This document shows positions 13,781-14,455 of a stretch of 14,455 bases of DNA, one piece after another. Under the pieces are notes generated by a model. The model was not told the origin of the DNA, searched no databases, and was given only the letters and a program-made list of their open reading frames with translations. Numbering within the stretch: position 1 is the stretch's first letter; every line of letters starts with the position of its first letter. The translations under genes were made by a program, and so were the position numbers. The DNA comes from a virus (lineage: Duplodnaviria; Heunggongvirae; Uroviricota; Caudoviricetes): IMG/VR virus record IMGVR_UViG_2537561689_000014. The stretch is one strand, 5' to 3'.

Positions 13781-14455
13781 GTAAGCGTCAACGGAGCACC
13801 GTATTGACGCTTATTTATTGGTGAGTACTACGTTCCATGGCAGGAGTTCGTCAACACGGTTGGAGGGCCATTCCGGCAGTACGCTCAGAATATGGCGCAG
13901 ATACGCTTCCGGATCGATACCGTTCAGTCGGCAGGTGCCGATCAGCCCGTACAGCAGTGCTCCACGCTCGCCGCCGTGATCGCTACCGAAGAACACGTAA
14001 TTTTTCTTTCCGAGACAGACTGCACGAAGCGCTCTTTCCGCTGTGTTATTGTCCACCTCCGCCAGACCGTCATCACTGTAATAACAGAGGGCGTCCCACT
14101 GATTCAGTACATAGCTGAACGCTTCGCCCAGTCTGGATTTTTTCGACAGCGTGCCATTCTTCTCCACCATCCATTCATGCAGCGACGTCAGTAACGCTTT
14201 GCTTCGCTGCTGCCTGGCTGCAAGACGCTCTGACTCTGGTAATCCCCGTATTTCATTCTCGATGGCGTACAGTTCACTGATTCGCTTCAGGGCTTCTTCT
14301 GCCGTCGCACTTTTGCTGCTGATGTATACATCGTGGATTTTTCTCCGGGCATGAGCCCAGCACGCAACTTCTGTCAGCGCACTACCTTCACGTTCTGCAC
14401 TGAACAGCCTGTCATAACCTGTGAACGCATCCGCCTGCAGGATACCCCGGAAGGG
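13781..14455 (-). mobile_element. IS66-family insertion sequence, 3' part only; the element continues past the window end
   Basis: Transposase C-terminus open to the window edge. Putative terminal sequence starting GTAAGCG at 13781, 30 bp beyond the transposase stop, consistent with the GTAA termini of IS66-family elements. The other end is not in the window. Confidence 0.7.
13811..14455 (-). CDS. IS66-family transposase (TnpC), C-terminal fragment; 5' end outside window
   Basis: The minus-strand frame is open from the window edge to the stop at 13811-13813: ...FTGYDRLFSAEREGSALTEVACWAHARRKIHDVYISSKSATAEEALKRISELYAIENEIRGLPESERLAARQQ...MVEKNGTLSKKSRLGEAF...NNTAERALRAVCLGKKNYVFFGSDHGGERGALLYGLIGTCRLNGIDPEAYLRHILSVLPEWPSNRVDELLPWNVVLTNK. 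The CWAHARRK and NNxAER motifs are as recalled for IS66 TnpC. Confidence 0.85.
   Translation of the reverse strand, partial: PFRGILQADAFTGYDRLFSAEREGSALTEVACWAHARRKIHDVYISSKSATAEEALKRISELYAIENEIRGLPESERLAARQQRSKALLTSLHEWMVEKNGTLSKKSRLGEAFSYVLNQWDALCYYSDDGLAEVDNNTAERALRAVCLGKKNYVFFGSDHGGERGALLYGLIGTCRLNGIDPEAYLRHILSVLPEWPSNRVDELLPWNVVLTNK

Noticed and set aside
13837-14354. Plus-strand ORFs 13837-14118, 13892-14194 and 14151-14354
   Set aside because: Antisense to the IS66-family transposase frame, which is open across the whole interval.
1-14455. CRISPR array, tRNA or rRNA genes
   Set aside because: No regularly spaced direct repeats of 25-40 bp, no cloverleaf-compatible segment with a GTTCRANYC-type T-loop, and no rRNA-like conserved stretches were seen. 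The only tandem repeats are the ori iterons inside O.

Overview
This window is the left end of a lambdoid prophage integrated at the E. coli lambda attachment site. It runs from host ybhC (1-1284, minus) through the attL core GCTTTTTTATACTAA (1331-1345) and the phage P' arm into a lambda-type left arm: int, xis, a 55-aa orf, small orfs, exo, bet, gam, kil, cIII, ea10 and sieB. The immunity region is not lambda's: an N-family antiterminator with nutL, a P22 C2-type repressor, three TTAAG-type operators, cro, nutR and a P22 C1-type activator, with no rexAB and no ral. Lambda-type O (with four ori iterons) and P follow, then ren truncated at about codon 57. Beyond that lie an AT-rich gene for a signal-peptide protein, about 1.1 kb of ORF-poor DNA, and the 3' end of an IS66-family element running off the window edge. 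The most interesting candidates are two AT-rich accessory genes: a predicted three-helix membrane protein (3135-3737, plus) that sits where lambda carries ea8.5/ea22, and the secreted protein (12155-12649). Neither can be assigned a function from sequence alone, and I see no recognisable multi-gene defence system, CRISPR array, tRNA or rRNA. All identifications rest on reading the translations and motifs against remembered phage lambda and P22 sequences; no database search was run.
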